From positions 106,950,001-107,014,000 of the forward strand of contig OX597814.1 of assembly GCA_951406725.2 (NCBI GenBank): a stretch of DNA of 64,000 nucleotides. Direction: 5' to 3'. Of the stretch, positions 12,001 to 26,900 are shown piece after piece. Both the position numbers and the translations under genes were made by a program. Within the stretch, counting starts at the first letter, position 1. Each line of letters starts with the position of its first letter. Source of the stretch: Octopus vulgaris (lineage: Eukaryota). The notes under the pieces were generated by a model. That model saw only the letters and a list, made by a program, of their open reading frames with translations, did not search any database and was not told the DNA's origin.

Positions 12001-15000
12001 ATTTAATCGACTGGCCCCCTCCCCCAAAATTTCAGGCCTTGTTCCTAGAGCAGAAAAGAATATTTAGCTGGTGTTTGGGTCATAAATTAACATGAAATTT
12101 TGCTGGACCATTTTAATTTAGAACACTTTAAACGTGAAATTTGTTCACAGAACCAAAAATGGTCTCAGGCTAAGAATTGAATGGTTATTCTTTGATGTAG
12201 TCGTTTCTTACATATTTTATAACAATCTGTTTTTATTACTTGTACAGGATCCAACAGGTTTTGTTGTACGACGATGGTTAGGACAGCAAACTAATGCAGG
12301 AGGTAAGTAGTCCAGTGAACCATTTTGCCAGACTTTAGAAACCAATGTTTGTTTCAGGATTCTGTGTGATTGTGTGGGGCTGAGGTGGGCCAGAAATGCA
12401 GGGTCAGTGATGTCACACGAACAGCCAAGGGGCTTTGCTGGAAGGAAAAGAGTAAGGAAAGTCATGTGATTGGAAGCATGACTAACAGGGGTCTCTTTTG
12501 TTTTGGGACAGATCTGGTGGCTGCATGAGTTGAGAGAATTGCCGTAAGGTTCTGGACCAAGGTTAGGCAGGTAGGGCTCCTAAGGGTATATCCTGGCTGA
12601 AAAGGATCAATGTTACAGGAGGACCCATGAGATAGGGGAATTATGGGTTTTTTTCTCCCACACTGCAGATTGTTGTTGGTAAGAGTTTGTTTATTAATTA
12701 CAGAAATGGTGAAGCGCCAGTATTTAATTTCATATCTTTGTGTTTCCAGAGATCAGATTGTGTGAGTGCTAACCTTTGAAGGTCATAGAAATAAGCATCA
12801 GTCAAATATTGGCATTGATTTACCTCTGCCATTTTCACAGATTTTCCCATTGTTAGAAATTCCTCATTACCACAACAGCATCTCTTTGAATCTCTGGCCT
12901 TTGGCCTATCTCATGCTATATTCCTTGTAACAATGTCATTTGAAAAAAAAAAAAAACACATTGATGGATGCATTCCTGGATAGGAATGTTTATTACTGGA
13001 ATTCTTTTAAGCATTGTTTAGATGTGGCATAGGCACAGACGTGGCTATGTGGTTAAGTTGTTTTCTTCCCTACCACATGGCTCTGGGTTCAATCCCACTG
13101 CATGGCACTTTGGGCAAATGACTTCTTGTGCTATAGCCTTAAGCCTACAAAAGCTTTGAATAGATTTGGTTGATGGAAACTGAAAGAAACTCATTGGGAG
13201 ATTGTTACCTTGTTTAGGAGCAGTTGAAGGTTGGTGACAGGAAGAGCATTTGGCTGTAGAAAATCTGCCTCAAATGATGTTAAAATGATGTCTGTCTGTT
13301 TGTCTCCATTGTCATTGCTGCAGCCACCACCATCATCTTTATCTCTGCTTTTCCACACTGGAATGAGATGACAGGCAGGTTTACTGAGACAGAGGTTTTG
13401 CAGCCAGATGCTTGGTCACCAACCATCTCAGCTTCTCCTAACAACACACACACAGATTCAGTTTCCCTTCACTAAAACTAGGGTATAAATGCTGGTTATG
13501 CTCTAATTGATTTGATCGAAAACAGCCTGATTGTGAAATCAACATGTGAGGGGTTGAGCAACCCCACAGACACGTGTACCCTTAATGCAATTCTCAGATT
13601 CAGCTGGCACTTTGAATTGTATAGGTACTTCTCTTTATTTTGGCTACTGAACAAACAGGAGCAACATGAATAAAGGGTCTTGCTTGCATTCACATGTTCT
13701 TCAGGGAATCAAATACATAGCATTATGCTTATAAGGCGAATACCTTAGCCATTTGCCATCATTAAAATTAGGGTCTACATGGTGTTTATATGTTTTGCTT
13801 TCTTGAGCCCTGGAACCCCTAAGGTCTCCAAGGCATAAAAGTCACAACATACCCCCTGAATGGGATGCCTGTCTGCAGGATTCAAGGCCAGCAATTTCTA
13901 GGGGATGGGGGCAAGTCGAATACATTGACCCCACTACTTGACTGGTACTTTATCAACCCTGAAGGAATTCAACTCAAAAAATAGTCAGATGAAGCAATGT
14001 TGCCAAACAATAATTTTGTCTGATGTGATAATAACTCTGCTAACCCTGTTACCTTATACATGGCATGTGACCAAATAATAATAATAATTGTTTCTACTAT
14101 AGGCACAAAGTCTGGGATTTTGGGGGAGAGGACTAGTTGATTACATCAACCCCAGTGTTTCACTTGTACTTAATTTATCAACCCCAAAAGGAAGAAAGGC
14201 AGTCCACCTCAGTGGAATTTGAACTCAGAATATAAAAATAGATGAAACGCTGCTAAGCATTTTGCCTGGCATGCTAACAATTCTGCCAGCTCACTGCCTT
14301 AATAATAATAATAATAATAAATTCCCTGATGCAGTACCAGGCAGTGGCTCTCGTGGCTTCTGATCTTAACTGATTGGAAGTGTTATCATGTACATTGTTT
14401 TGTCTTGGTGTAAAAGATGGGCTACAGCAAATATTCTGTTCAATATCACAGATTTGCTTGTCAGTTGTTTGACCTTAACCAGTTGACCATGTCCCTTAGT
14501 GGCTGACGATATGTGCATCTCTGATCACAAGCAGAAGTAGTGGGGGAGCATCATAGCTGTGTGTTGAAAGGAATTCTTTGGGGCTTGGATATTTCACCTC
14601 TGGAAACATGGGTATTTTGTTCATCATCCTTAAACTACCCTTAATCAGGGACCTTTTGAGTGGGATGAGCTACTTAACCTGAAGAAAATTCTAATTGGGC
14701 CTGACCTGCAAGGTCATGCACTGTTTATCTTGATATGAGATCACTATGTTGTGCATATATGGTTGTGATGCATGTACCTGGCGTACTCTTATCATATATT
14801 TGTACCCCAGTGTCACTTTGATGGCACATGTTGCAGTCTCACTCAGTATTATAATAAATTTAAAATGTGTCTAATTGCTTATAATTCTTTGACTTCAGGT
14901 ATCGTCAGTGAAAACTTTGAACTAGCAGATCAACCAAAATTTGGCAACTGGTCTATAGCTGTCCATGCTTCAGTAAGTAAAAAAAAACATTCTCTAAGAA

Positions 15001-18000
15001 TTTTGTTGGAATATAATCTCCTGATGTGCTTTTGGAATAAAAACAATCTTATAATTCTGGATGAAATCATATTTCTGTGAATTACTCATGATTTGAGAAA
15101 GAAATTTTTAAGTACACTGCCATCCACTTATCTTGACAACTGTAGGCAGTGGCAGACTGGGTCTAAAAATATTGGTTGCCAGGAGACTAAGGGGACCCAC
15201 CCGCATCTACAATGCTATAATTTAATTTTTCAACTGTCTACAAACACAGCCAGGCTGAAATAATTAATGCATTCTTCCAGGAGTGAATAAAAAATTCTCA
15301 AACTTGAGGGGATGGGTTCCCCTATATATGGATTCTAATGGTGCAGGGGCCCACTTGCCATCAGGTAAGCTGGCAACCTGGCCAGTCTGCCACTGACTGT
15401 TGGTTCCTAGAATAGAATTTATCAACAATATATTATTTTTCTATCATCACTGTATTGCTACAAATGTATTGTTCTTCAGATATTTAAAAGAAAAACACAG
15501 GCCCTGTATAGGGTTTTCAGCACTTCTCCCTAACTGTATGTATATTAGATCTAACATCATTTTAATTTCCACTTTTCCATACTGGCACGGGTTGGACAGA
15601 ATTGCTTGTCACCACGCTACATCTGTTTCCATGGAAGATTGGAAATAAATAACACCATATGTGATGACAAGAGAGGGGGACCCACAAACAAGCATACATG
15701 TAGGGCGACTTCTTTTCAATTCCATTTGCCAAATCCGCTCTCAATGTTCTGGTTGGCCTGGAGCTACAGAAGATGACACTTACACAAGCTATCATGCAGA
15801 GAGATTGAATCTATAATCACATGGTTGAGAAACAATCTTCTTAATGATATAATTACATCCATATAATGTGTGTATTGTAGAATATCAATGGAATTGTCTT
15901 CACAAGAAAAGAAATGAGTCTAGCCTTGAGCCAAAAATCTCATGAGCCACACCTGCAACTCTTGGTGAACACGTATGTCTATGCCAAAGTCTGAAGATTA
16001 ATTGGTGTAGAAGAGGAGTTGGCTTTATGCCAGGTGTTGAGAGGTTAAATTTTGATAAGGGGCCAGATACAGGTGATTTGCTATAGAAGAAATATATGAC
16101 CACCCCACATTATAAAAGGATGGGTTGGAGTAACCGGAAGGAATGCAAAGATGATATGGTGCCATGACAAACTTTCAGGAATGGAGGGGGAGAATATAAG
16201 AATATAGATGTAGTCAAAGGTAAATATCAGTATGGAATTGGGAAAAGTGAAAGAATGTTATTTGGCCAAAATGGCAGTATAGAATTTTCTATAAATTTTT
16301 TTTCTTTTTTCCAGAATATTATATATGAACATTATTTCCGTGTTGAAGAATTTTGTAAGTTAACTCAAAGATTTCTCAATTTCAATGTATTTAGTTACAA
16401 TAACAACAATCTGGTGTTTTTTCCCCATTATGGAACCAACAATATTTTAGTATTAAGCCTTACTTCAACTAATATTTACAAAAGCTTTTTGCAAGCCATC
16501 TACATAACTTATCTCTGTGTTCTACAATATGGAAATGGTGCTTCTTTAGACTGAATTTTACCTCGTTTGATACCAACCCAACAGAAACCTCTCTTGGTTC
16601 TATGATCCAAATTCCCTGTATTAAAATTATCTAAATTAGTCTTTCATTAAAATGCCATGTGAATTTATGTTCCAAACACCATCTTAATAATGAGTTTTGT
16701 TTCAATTAATTCTTTGTTATTTTCAAATTTAATTGAAAAAAAAAAAATTGTGTATTTCAACAGAAATATGCTGACAAAAAAATTAAAATGATCTTAATCA
16801 AAAGATTCCTTCAAAATTTTGTGTTAATTTTTGTCCCAAACACCATCTTAATATTGACAGTTATTTTACTAAATTCATTCTTTCCAAAATTCATTGAAAA
16901 AAAAGTTGTGTATTTCAACAGAAATATGCTAACAGAACTGTTATAAGTCCCCACCAAATGGGACACTATCTGTTGCCAGGTTAACTCTCCCTCCCCACCA
17001 GATAGCACTGGTACTCATTTCCACCTGAGTGGACTGGAAGCAATGAGAAATGAAGTGTGTCACTGAAGAACACAATGTGCTGTCTAGTGTGGGAATTGAA
17101 CCCATGACCAAAGAGTTGTGAGCCTGACAACAAGGCCACACACATACATTTATTCTGAATCAAAATATTAGAACCTTATGTCTTGGATTAGCTAAGGTTG
17201 TGTGAATGTAACCTGTAAAAAAATGACTGTGTGTGTGTGTGTTTAGGAATCTATCTAAGAGACCATTTCTGCTCTTGGATGGTAAACCTGATCTGTCAAT
17301 TAGGTTGAACACCACCACCACTTGACCCTTTGATGCCTTTAACAGTTTGTTATAACAAGTATGTTAAGCATTCACTGTCTTTCGTATAACGAACACCTTA
17401 TTCTTTTCCAGGGACTCCTCGTTTTGATGTCAATGTGACAGTGTCTCCGTATTTCATGGATGATGTCGATTCCATTGGTGGTGTTGTAATGGCCAAGTAA
17501 GTAATGATAATAATAATAATAATTTCTACCATAGGCTCGAGGCCTGGAATTTTGGAGGAGGGGACGAGTCGATTACATTGACCCCAGTATGCAACTGGTG
17601 CTTAATTTATCCACCCTGAAAGGATGAAAGGCAAAGTTGACCTTGGTGGCATTTGAACTCACCATTCCAACTTTCTCTTTCATGTTTTCTACCAACTTCT
17701 CTGTCACCTCCCAAAACCTATCCTTCTCTTCAATATTCTAACCTACCTGTCGGATATATTCTCAGATACAGATTGTTCAGAAAGTCTCTCGGCAGTGTTT
17801 TATTGCAAAACAAATATAAGATGGTATAATAGGACTACGAAAAAATATATTAGACTTTACAAGACTTTACAAAAACTTTATAAGAGGTGTTGAAAGTGTT
17901 GTCTTTCATTTTCAATACATAAGTTGACTCTTCTATACATGTCTTGAAATACATCTTGGAGAGTCTGACGCAGTATGGACCGTTTGGAGGTTATGATTGT

Positions 18001-20905
18001 GTCTTTTAGCTCATTAATGGTTTTTGGGTGATTCTTGTACATTTACTTGCTCCCCAGAAAAAAAAGTCTGGCCATGTTAAATCAGGGGATCTTGATGGCC
18101 AAAGTCCTTCCAAAATAATCCGTTCACCGAAAAAATCTTGAAGTAGCGCCATGGTGATGCACAAAGTATGTGCTGTAGTTCCATCTTGCTGAAAGTCTGC
18201 AATTATTAATTCCACTTTCAGTGAGTTGGCCTACAAATGGAGAGACAATATTTGAGCAATGTCTCTTGGTGTTGCTGGTGTCTTCAAAAATATATCACTG
18301 CATAAAGACTCTTTGAACACCCTGTATATTCTGAGAATCATATTAGGTGGCCAGAAGAGAAAATACTTGACAAATTTACATAACAAAAGACTGCAGTGTT
18401 TGACTGCATGACAATCAGAGTTGTGAGGCATTCCAGATTGCAAGACTCTGTGTGTGCACTTGAAAGGGCTTCCACACCATTTCTGACTACCAACTTATAT
18501 TCAAGGCTTTGGCTGACCTGAGGTTCCGGTAGCTGGGTTAGATGGCACTTATCCAAAGTGTCACACAATGGGATCAAAGAACAAATCCATTAAGAGAAAT
18601 GACCTTCTTGACCAAATGTTTGGTACCTGCGTCTGTTGTTGATGTTAAATTCATTGTTGTAAATTTTACTGTGTAAGGGACTGTGTGATGCGAGGTGAAG
18701 GGAAAGGCTCCTTAGCACATCACACAGTCCTTGCAATAATTATAAATCATCATCATTGTTTGACCGTGGTCAAGACAATGGAATTTACTATGTTATGCCA
18801 GACTTCACGGTCCATCATAGCATTATGGAGGTCCTGTTGCTGGATGCCTGTATCCCTGGAGATTACATCAGGGTAGGAGAGTGTGCGCCTTCTGGTATCA
18901 TGAGCAGATGGCTTCCAGAGGAGAAGAGTAGAAATTACCTCGTTTTCAGCTCTACAACAATGTCCAGCAAACTGGATTCTTCTACATTTCACAAGAGATG
19001 ATACAGGTGGTAATTTCCTATATATTTGTACTTTGGTTGGATGACGCTTCCACGAGAGATTTTGAGCTCTCATAAGGAGGCGAGTGTATGTTCCATCCAA
19101 CCGCCTCTCAAGCTTCTTTGATAACGTCCAGGTTTCTGAGCCATATAGTAGAATTGGTTCGACTGTGGCTTTGAATAATACATATAAGTGCCAGTGAGAA
19201 AAAGAGAGACACAACCATGTAGAATGATTAAGGGAAGATCTACCGATATGTTGACATATGTGTCTGTGTATGCTTCATGTATGCAGAATAATAGGCCATC
19301 ATGAGAACAAATGTATGTGTACGTGTAAGCATAGATGCATGCGTGTGTGTTAAGATATAAGTATGACAATGAAGAAGACAGTGAAAGAGTCTATAGACAT
19401 CAAAGGGAGAAGTTCATAGACACAAGGATGAGAATACTAGTTTATAGTGAATTGTACACATCATCATCATTTAACGTCCGCTTTTCATGCTGGCATGGGT
19501 TGGACGATTTGCCTGAAGACTGACAAACCAGATGGCTGCATCAGGCTTCAATCTTGATCTGGCAGAGTTTCTACAGCTGGATGCCCTTCCTAACGCCAAC
19601 CATTCCGAGAGTGTAGTGGGTGCTTTTACGTGCCACCGGCATGAAGTACTGGCTACGGTCACGGAAAAATCATGTTTTTACGTGTCATCTGCACACCGGT
19701 ACAAGTGCCAGTAAGGCGGCACTGGTAACAATCACGCTCGAATGGTGCTTTTTATGTGCTGCTGGCATGAACGCCAGTTAGCCGCTCTGGCAACGATCAT
19801 GCTCGGATGGTGCTCTTAGTAGGCAGTAGTAGTTGAAATACTGTATCAAGAAGTTGTGGCCATGATGCTGAGCCATTTGGAGGTACGTGTTGTACATGAA
19901 GTTGTGGCTGTGATGCTGCTGCCTGGGTGACGTGATACAGACGACCTTGCAGGTTGTATATTCGCTGTTGATCCATAAAGTAATTCACGAACAGAGAATT
20001 GTTGGAACCTGAGTGAGTTGCTTGTTTCTTGCTGTACATAGAGAGATGATGTCGACGACATTAAGATGATGGTGGCAACAAAGAAGGGGTTGCCGTAATG
20101 CTGTTGGACGAAGAGAAAGCTATAAAAATTTTCATAAAAGGATCTTAAATCCTTCACACTCTTCTGCCATCTTAATATAAAGTAAAAGTTATACTTTTAT
20201 AAAATAATCTTAAATTATTCACATATTTTTGCTGTGTTGTCACTGGAACTGGCTGTCTTATGTGGTCAGTGGTTGGAACCAAAGACATGTATTGAGGAGA
20301 AAGCTGGTTTTTTACAAGTAGTAGTAGGCTTGAAATAGGGTTTGAAAAAGGTTGTTCACGTGATGCCATCTAAAGTCTCTGATTGGCTGTCCACCGTCAG
20401 TTGGCACAACAGAGTAAGAGACAAATTGCACCAATACCAACCAATTAGAGTAGTGGACTCAACGGGATACAAACAGTGGCTGAAAGCTAGTTGGTCCCTA
20501 GTACATTTGAAAGCACACACACATAAAAATGGAACAAAAACGCAATAGAGGGCATTAAACATTTGGACAGATAGACGACACAAAGGCGGACAAGAGAAAC
20601 AGCAATTAGGAGGACAGGCAAAAAAGGACAGGTCATTCTTGGCTTTCTTTCATCAGTCAAGTCCCAGAAGTTACGACCATTTCGGACAGTTACACTTGAG
20701 ATGGTTCGATCTGGTTGTTCCCCAAAAAGTCTAAGCTAAGAGCATTAGACCCCTTTGTATATGTGTGTGTGTGTGTATATATATATATGATAATAATAGT
20801 AGGGAATATAATTCCAGACTTACAGGGAAAAATTCAATTTAGCAATTCTAAATCAAATTTCACAATATATGATATATGTATATAATTAAGAGCTTATTTC
20901 TCTTT

Positions 20906-20937
<32 letters not shown>

Positions 20938-23900
20938 TCTATGGTCTACTCTACAACTGTGTATGACTGTATACATACTTTTGTCAGTGTAATCTCTGAT
21001 GTTGGTCATCTTAAATTTCAGCCATACAAGTGGCAAGGCCACAATTGGTTCTGCTGTCATCAAACTGACCATCGTGCCACCAAACCAAAACTACCGTTAC
21101 AATAAAACTAATGATCATTTACCATTTTTACAGAAAGAGGTGGAATATGTAAGTATTTCTTTTTCTCACTCCTGTAATTCTAAGTGAAAATATTCATCTC
21201 TGAGACTTGTAACTATTTTATTTCTAGGACATTTAAATTTTCAAGGTTAATATTTTTTTTTTCTTTTCATACCATCCTATTGTAACCCCAATAATATTCC
21301 AGTCATTGGTGAAGGGGCATGGCTTAGTGGTTAGGGTATTTAGATCATGAACATCAGGGCACGATTTCAATTCCCGGCAGTGCATTGTGTTCTTGAGCAA
21401 AACACTTTCTTTCAAGTTACTCCAGTCCATTCACCTGGCAAAAGTGAGAAGCACCTGTAACTCAAAGGGTCAGCCATGTTGCACTCTATTTCTTGCTGAA
21501 TCTCCCTGAGAACCACATTAAGGGTATGCATGTATGTGGAGCACTCAGCCACTTGCACATTAGTTTCATGAGCAAGCTGTTTCTTTGGTTGGACCGACTG
21601 GAACAGTTGTGGCTGTGACAGAGGTGCCAGTTTCCATTCCACTCTCATGTATAAATGTTGCAAAGATCTCTGGATTTGCATGGCATTCTTCTCCATTGTA
21701 CTGGTCAGTCATTTGTGCACCTGTCCATCTGCCTGGATATTTGTCTGCCTTGTTATTAGTCAAACGGCTTTCCTTTTACCTTCTCTTTTCTCATTTGTCC
21801 ATTTAACTCTCTCTCTCTCCATCCACTTTCTTCTCTGACTCTTTCCTTCACTATCAGTTTGTTGCAGCTGTTGTTGGCTGTTCAAGTGCTGCATGTTATT
21901 AAATGGAAAAACAGTATGAATCACCATAAGACATTTTTGTGTATAAATATATTGTTTATTCTGTGTTCACCTTTTGCAGTGGAAGCATGTGGTATGATAC
22001 GAAAATATGTGTGTTTACATACAAGAAATGTTGTGATTTTTGTTTTTGCACTGAAAGAAGTAACATATAATATTTGTATTACATTATGTGTTTGTGTGTG
22101 TGTGTGTGTGTAATGAGAAATCATTTTGAGAATGCATGTGTGATAAAATATCTTTGTTTACGAACCACATATTTTGTGTTGAAGTGACTGGACCTGTGAG
22201 TTGCATGTGAGAGATTGTACATGAAGCTGCAGAGAAGACCTGTCTTTGACCACAGCCTGGCAGGAACTGAGGCCATTTCTACAGTGTAGCTCAGAATGAG
22301 ACTAAGGTCTCAGAACAAGGCTACTGTATCAAAGCAAGGCTAGATGCCTCATCAATATATTCATCTGCTGTGCAGGTTGAATCATCTCTTATGATAAAAG
22401 GCAGATTTTCTCTGCCTGTTCCCATGTTTCTTTTTAATACAATTCTACAATATAGAATTTCTTCAATTGGAATTTACCTATGATTTTTCCAAGTAGATTC
22501 GATTGGGTCATGGCATGTAAAGTTTTTTCAATTTGACCCCCAATTAAGCAAAAATTAAGAAAACTCAATATTTTACGATTTGCCTCTCTCATTTCAAGTG
22601 GTTTACTCCTGCTATTACCACCACACTTTCTCCTACTTTCTCTTTGCAAGTGTACACACACATAGACACGCAAACATATACATATACGATTGCCTCTCTC
22701 ATTTCAAATGCTTTCCTCCGTCTATTACCATACTTTCTCCTACTTTCTCTTTGCAAGCGGGGAAACAGATACACATGCATTTTTTTTCGGGAAGTTCTTT
22801 TGAAGTTGGTGTGCATCGGAAGCATTGATGTACATGTGTGCATGCGTGAGTGTGTGTGTATGTGTTTGATGGGGTGTGCGACACAGAAAGTGTGGTGTGT
22901 AAGTGAAGTGCTTTTGTTACTGTGTGTAAAGAGACAGAGAGAGTAATGTTGTGCTGTGTGTGTATGTGTGAAAGACAGAGATAACTGAACTTTTTTTATT
23001 CACTTTTTGTAGTGAGTGACTGAGAGAGAAAAGAAGAGAGAGAGGTTATGTATGTATGGCTTCAGTGACACACACACAAAAACACATACCTACGTACACC
23101 TAAAGCACGCACACACACACACACAAACGGACCGCGAACTTCAAAAGAACTTCAGGCTCTATCTATCTGGTTTGTCATTCTTCACACACACACATATACA
23201 TATATGACTGTGACAAACACAAACGTTTCAAACAACTACATACAAACACTCAAACACACACACACACACACATGTGTGTTTGTTATTAGTAAAAAAGGCG
23301 CCAAACACAATTCACTTTCTCATTCGAACACATTTGCAAACACACACCAACGGTCGAATTGCCATAACTCAACAGAAAAGGTAAATTGGTTTTTAATTTA
23401 CTTTCTGTCGCTAAATTTTGGTAGTATTAATTGGCGATTGTACTTCAGTTGTCAGTTGTTGAAAGAAAGAAATTGTAAGCTAAGAAGGTGTGTGTGTAGG
23501 AAGTGAAGGATAAAAATATGGCAAGAAGTGGACAGGTGTACATATATACATACATACATCCATACATACATGTATGTGTGTGTGTGTATGTGTATTAATG
23601 TGTATGCGTTATCTCTCTCTATATAAAGCTGAAGTTGTCTGTGTGCGGCAGGTTTGGGTAGCCTTCAACTAACACTATCTCCTCCGAGACCCTGCGGCGC
23701 AAGTTGACCAAAATTGAGAGTATGATAGAAGAAGGGTTGCTCTTCCTTCCGTAGAAGATAAAATTCAAATCAGACCATGTTAACACCAAAAATTATTTAC
23801 ATCAAAAAGCTGCTTTTTTCTATGAAAATCCCTATTTTTTACCATTTTTTCACTGCTGTGTTGCCACTTTTCGGTGTATTTCAACCAGAAAAATGTTCAC

Positions 23901-26900
23901 TTGAACACAATAACAAGCTACATAATGCAAAATTTTTACTTTTCAAAAATTCCAATTCCAGCGGGTCAAAACAAACCCGAGCAACGCCGGGCGATACTGC
24001 TAGTATTACTATGTAATATGTAGCTCTGCTACAAGTTTGTCTATCCATTCCCCTGTTTGCCTGTCTGTTTTTTTGTTTATCAGTCAGTCAGTCTGTCTGT
24101 CTGTCTGTCTGTCTGTCTCTATCTCTCTTTTAACCTGCCTCCCTGTCTTTTGGAACATTATTTTATATATTCTTACCATTTCAGTTCAATGGACGCATTG
24201 ACTTCCGATTTGGAATGTCAGAAATCCTAAACCAAATGAGGGCAAAAATGTTCTCAAACCTGAGGGACAGTGAACTTATATTTAATGTAACTGTCTTCGA
24301 TTGGTTCTTAGCTATGTCTCAAAATGGATCAGCTACATCTCACTGTTTTAGCTCCAGAGTCAAACTTCATTGGGTCGGAGATGCAGTAAGAAGTTTTAAA
24401 CCAAATACACTTGTCTCAGTCACAGTAAGTATGGTCTCAACATCCACTCAATTTGCTCAACTTCATTTTATTCTTATCGCTTTAGAATGTATTGGGGGCA
24501 AGGCTCTGTTAGTCAAGGGTGAACATTCAGCTGTAATTGTCCAAGAATGGGCTACACTTTATGAGGAAGACTGCAGCTGGTCGTACCTGCAAATGTTCCC
24601 ACTTTCCCACCAGATGTTTCATCATCATCATTTAACATCCATTTTCCATTCTGGCATGGGTTGGATGGTTCGACTGGGGTCTGGGAAGCCAGGAGGTTGC
24701 ACCAGGCCCCAATCTGATCTGGCAAGGTTCCTACAACTTGATGCCCTTCCTAACGCCAATCACTCCGAGAGTGTAGTGGGGAACAGTCAACAAGTTGACA
24801 AATGTCCCTTACTGCTTCCTCTCTTGTACCTTAAATAGACAAAACCTTCCTTAAAAATCCTTGATGCACAAAGAAGTGCTGCCTTCTGCATGACTTGCAA
24901 CCTTACCTCAATTCAAATTATTGTCATCATCTTACGTGGTGAGCTATTAGAATTATTAGCTGGGTGACATGCTTGGCAGCATTTTCTCCATCTTCTCCAT
25001 CTGTGTTCAAATTCCTACCAGATTGACTTTGCTCTTCATCCTTTCGAAGTTGACTGATTTAGTACCAGTGAAACACTGGGGTCAATGTAATCAACTTACC
25101 CCCTTCCCAAGGATTTCTGGCTTTGTGCCTATAGTAGGAAGGATTATTATTATTATTATTATTATCTAAGGTGGTGAGCTGGTAGAATCGTTAGAACACA
25201 GCAAAATACTTAGTGGCATTTCATCCATTCTTATGTTCTGAGTTCAAATTCCACCAGGGTTGATTTTTGCCTTTCAGGGTCAATAAAAATAAGTACCAGT
25301 TGTATACTGGAGTCAATGTCATCAACCTCTCCATTCCTCCAAAACTGCTGGCCTTGTACCAAAATATGAAACCATTATTATTATTATTCTGGAGACAGCA
25401 AGCTGGCAGAACCATTAGCAGACCAGTCAGAATGCTTTGCGGCATTTCATCCAGCTTCAGGTTCCAAGTTCAAATTTGTCTTTCATCCTTTTGGGGTTGA
25501 TAAAATAAATATCAGTTAATAGGGACCAATATAATCGAATTTCTGTTCTTGTGCCAAGATTAGAAGAAATTATTGGCATTTCTTCTGGTTCTTCACATTC
25601 TAAGTTCAAATCCTGCTAAGGTTGACTTTCACCATTTCAGGGACAATATGATAAGTATCTGTCAAATACTGGGGTTGATGTAATCAATTAACATCCCTTC
25701 CCCAAATTCCAGTCTTGTCCTTATATTAGTAAATTACTATTATCATCATCATCGTCATTTTATCATGAAAAATTTCAGCTTAATTTGCTGGGTGTGATGG
25801 AGAAAGTGTCCGCTGTCCACGGCCAGTAGACTAAGGTGACACTTGTTTACTGATCATACATCAAGAACCCTGTGGAGAATTCTTGCAGTTCCAAGCAACA
25901 ATGATTTTTGTAGATGTTCTATCTTTACATTTGTACCAATCTTTTTGAACCATGTTGGTTGTTGAATGCTGATACGTCCAAGCACGCCCATCACTATTGT
26001 ATTGGTATCACATCCACTCTCTTCATTGTTCACGACCTGTGTATTTCCCACTTCAATTCATCGTAGTTATTTATTATTATTTAATTTCCAGTTGGCATTA
26101 ATGAAGCAAGATGGCAGCCGTGTTAACGATGAGAGGAAGGAAGTAAATATGGAAATTTCTGTGAAGAATTTAAATGGCAGAACATCACCATTTGCTGCAG
26201 AACGCAAGAGGCCTGTAAAAGGTTTTGTTACGTTTGACATAAATGTCGGCAGTGATGTAGAAATTATCACGTTTACGGTAAGTCTTCCTCGTATTTCTAC
26301 TCTACCAATAATATTGTCTGTTATTCATTATTAGGAAAATGGGCAAAATTCTTGGATATTCGTTTTCTTTCTGTGAACCCTTCTGATACCAAACCAGGTG
26401 AGACAACCCTCTCCACCACCACCTGTATTGGTTTCCGGTTCAATCCCACTGCATGACACTTTGTGTTAAGGTCTTCTACTATAGTCATGGACTAATGTGG
26501 ATTTAGAAGACAGAACCTGGAAAGAACCTATCGCATGTAGTTATAGTGAAAACGGTATTCCCCTTCCCATGTGACAAAGTGGTATGAACCAGCCACTATA
26601 AAGTCAGACAGTCACTGTAGGTGGTCAGTAGTAGTAGGGTTGTCATAACAGTTCTCAGTTGGAGTCAGTATCAGTTACGTGATATATATGAGTTTGAATT
26701 ACTGTCAAGGTAAATGTTTCAAAGTTGTTGTCTTGCAGAGCTATCAGTGATAGAGGAGTCAAAGCTAACAAGATGTGGAATATCGTCACAACTTAATAGT
26801 GGCAACAATATTACAGAGCTGACAATAACATACAATTGGACGAGGGTCTCACATTATAATACGTGTGTGTTTGTGTATGCATGTGTACACATATCTATTT

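Noticed and set aside
20640-20720. Minus-strand CTGATGA and GAAA as a further hammerhead
   Set aside because: Could not build consistent stems I-III around them.
24425-24838. Extension of the 207-aa ORF beyond exon 10
   Set aside because: Read-through past a strong gtaagt donor into intron and repeat sequence.
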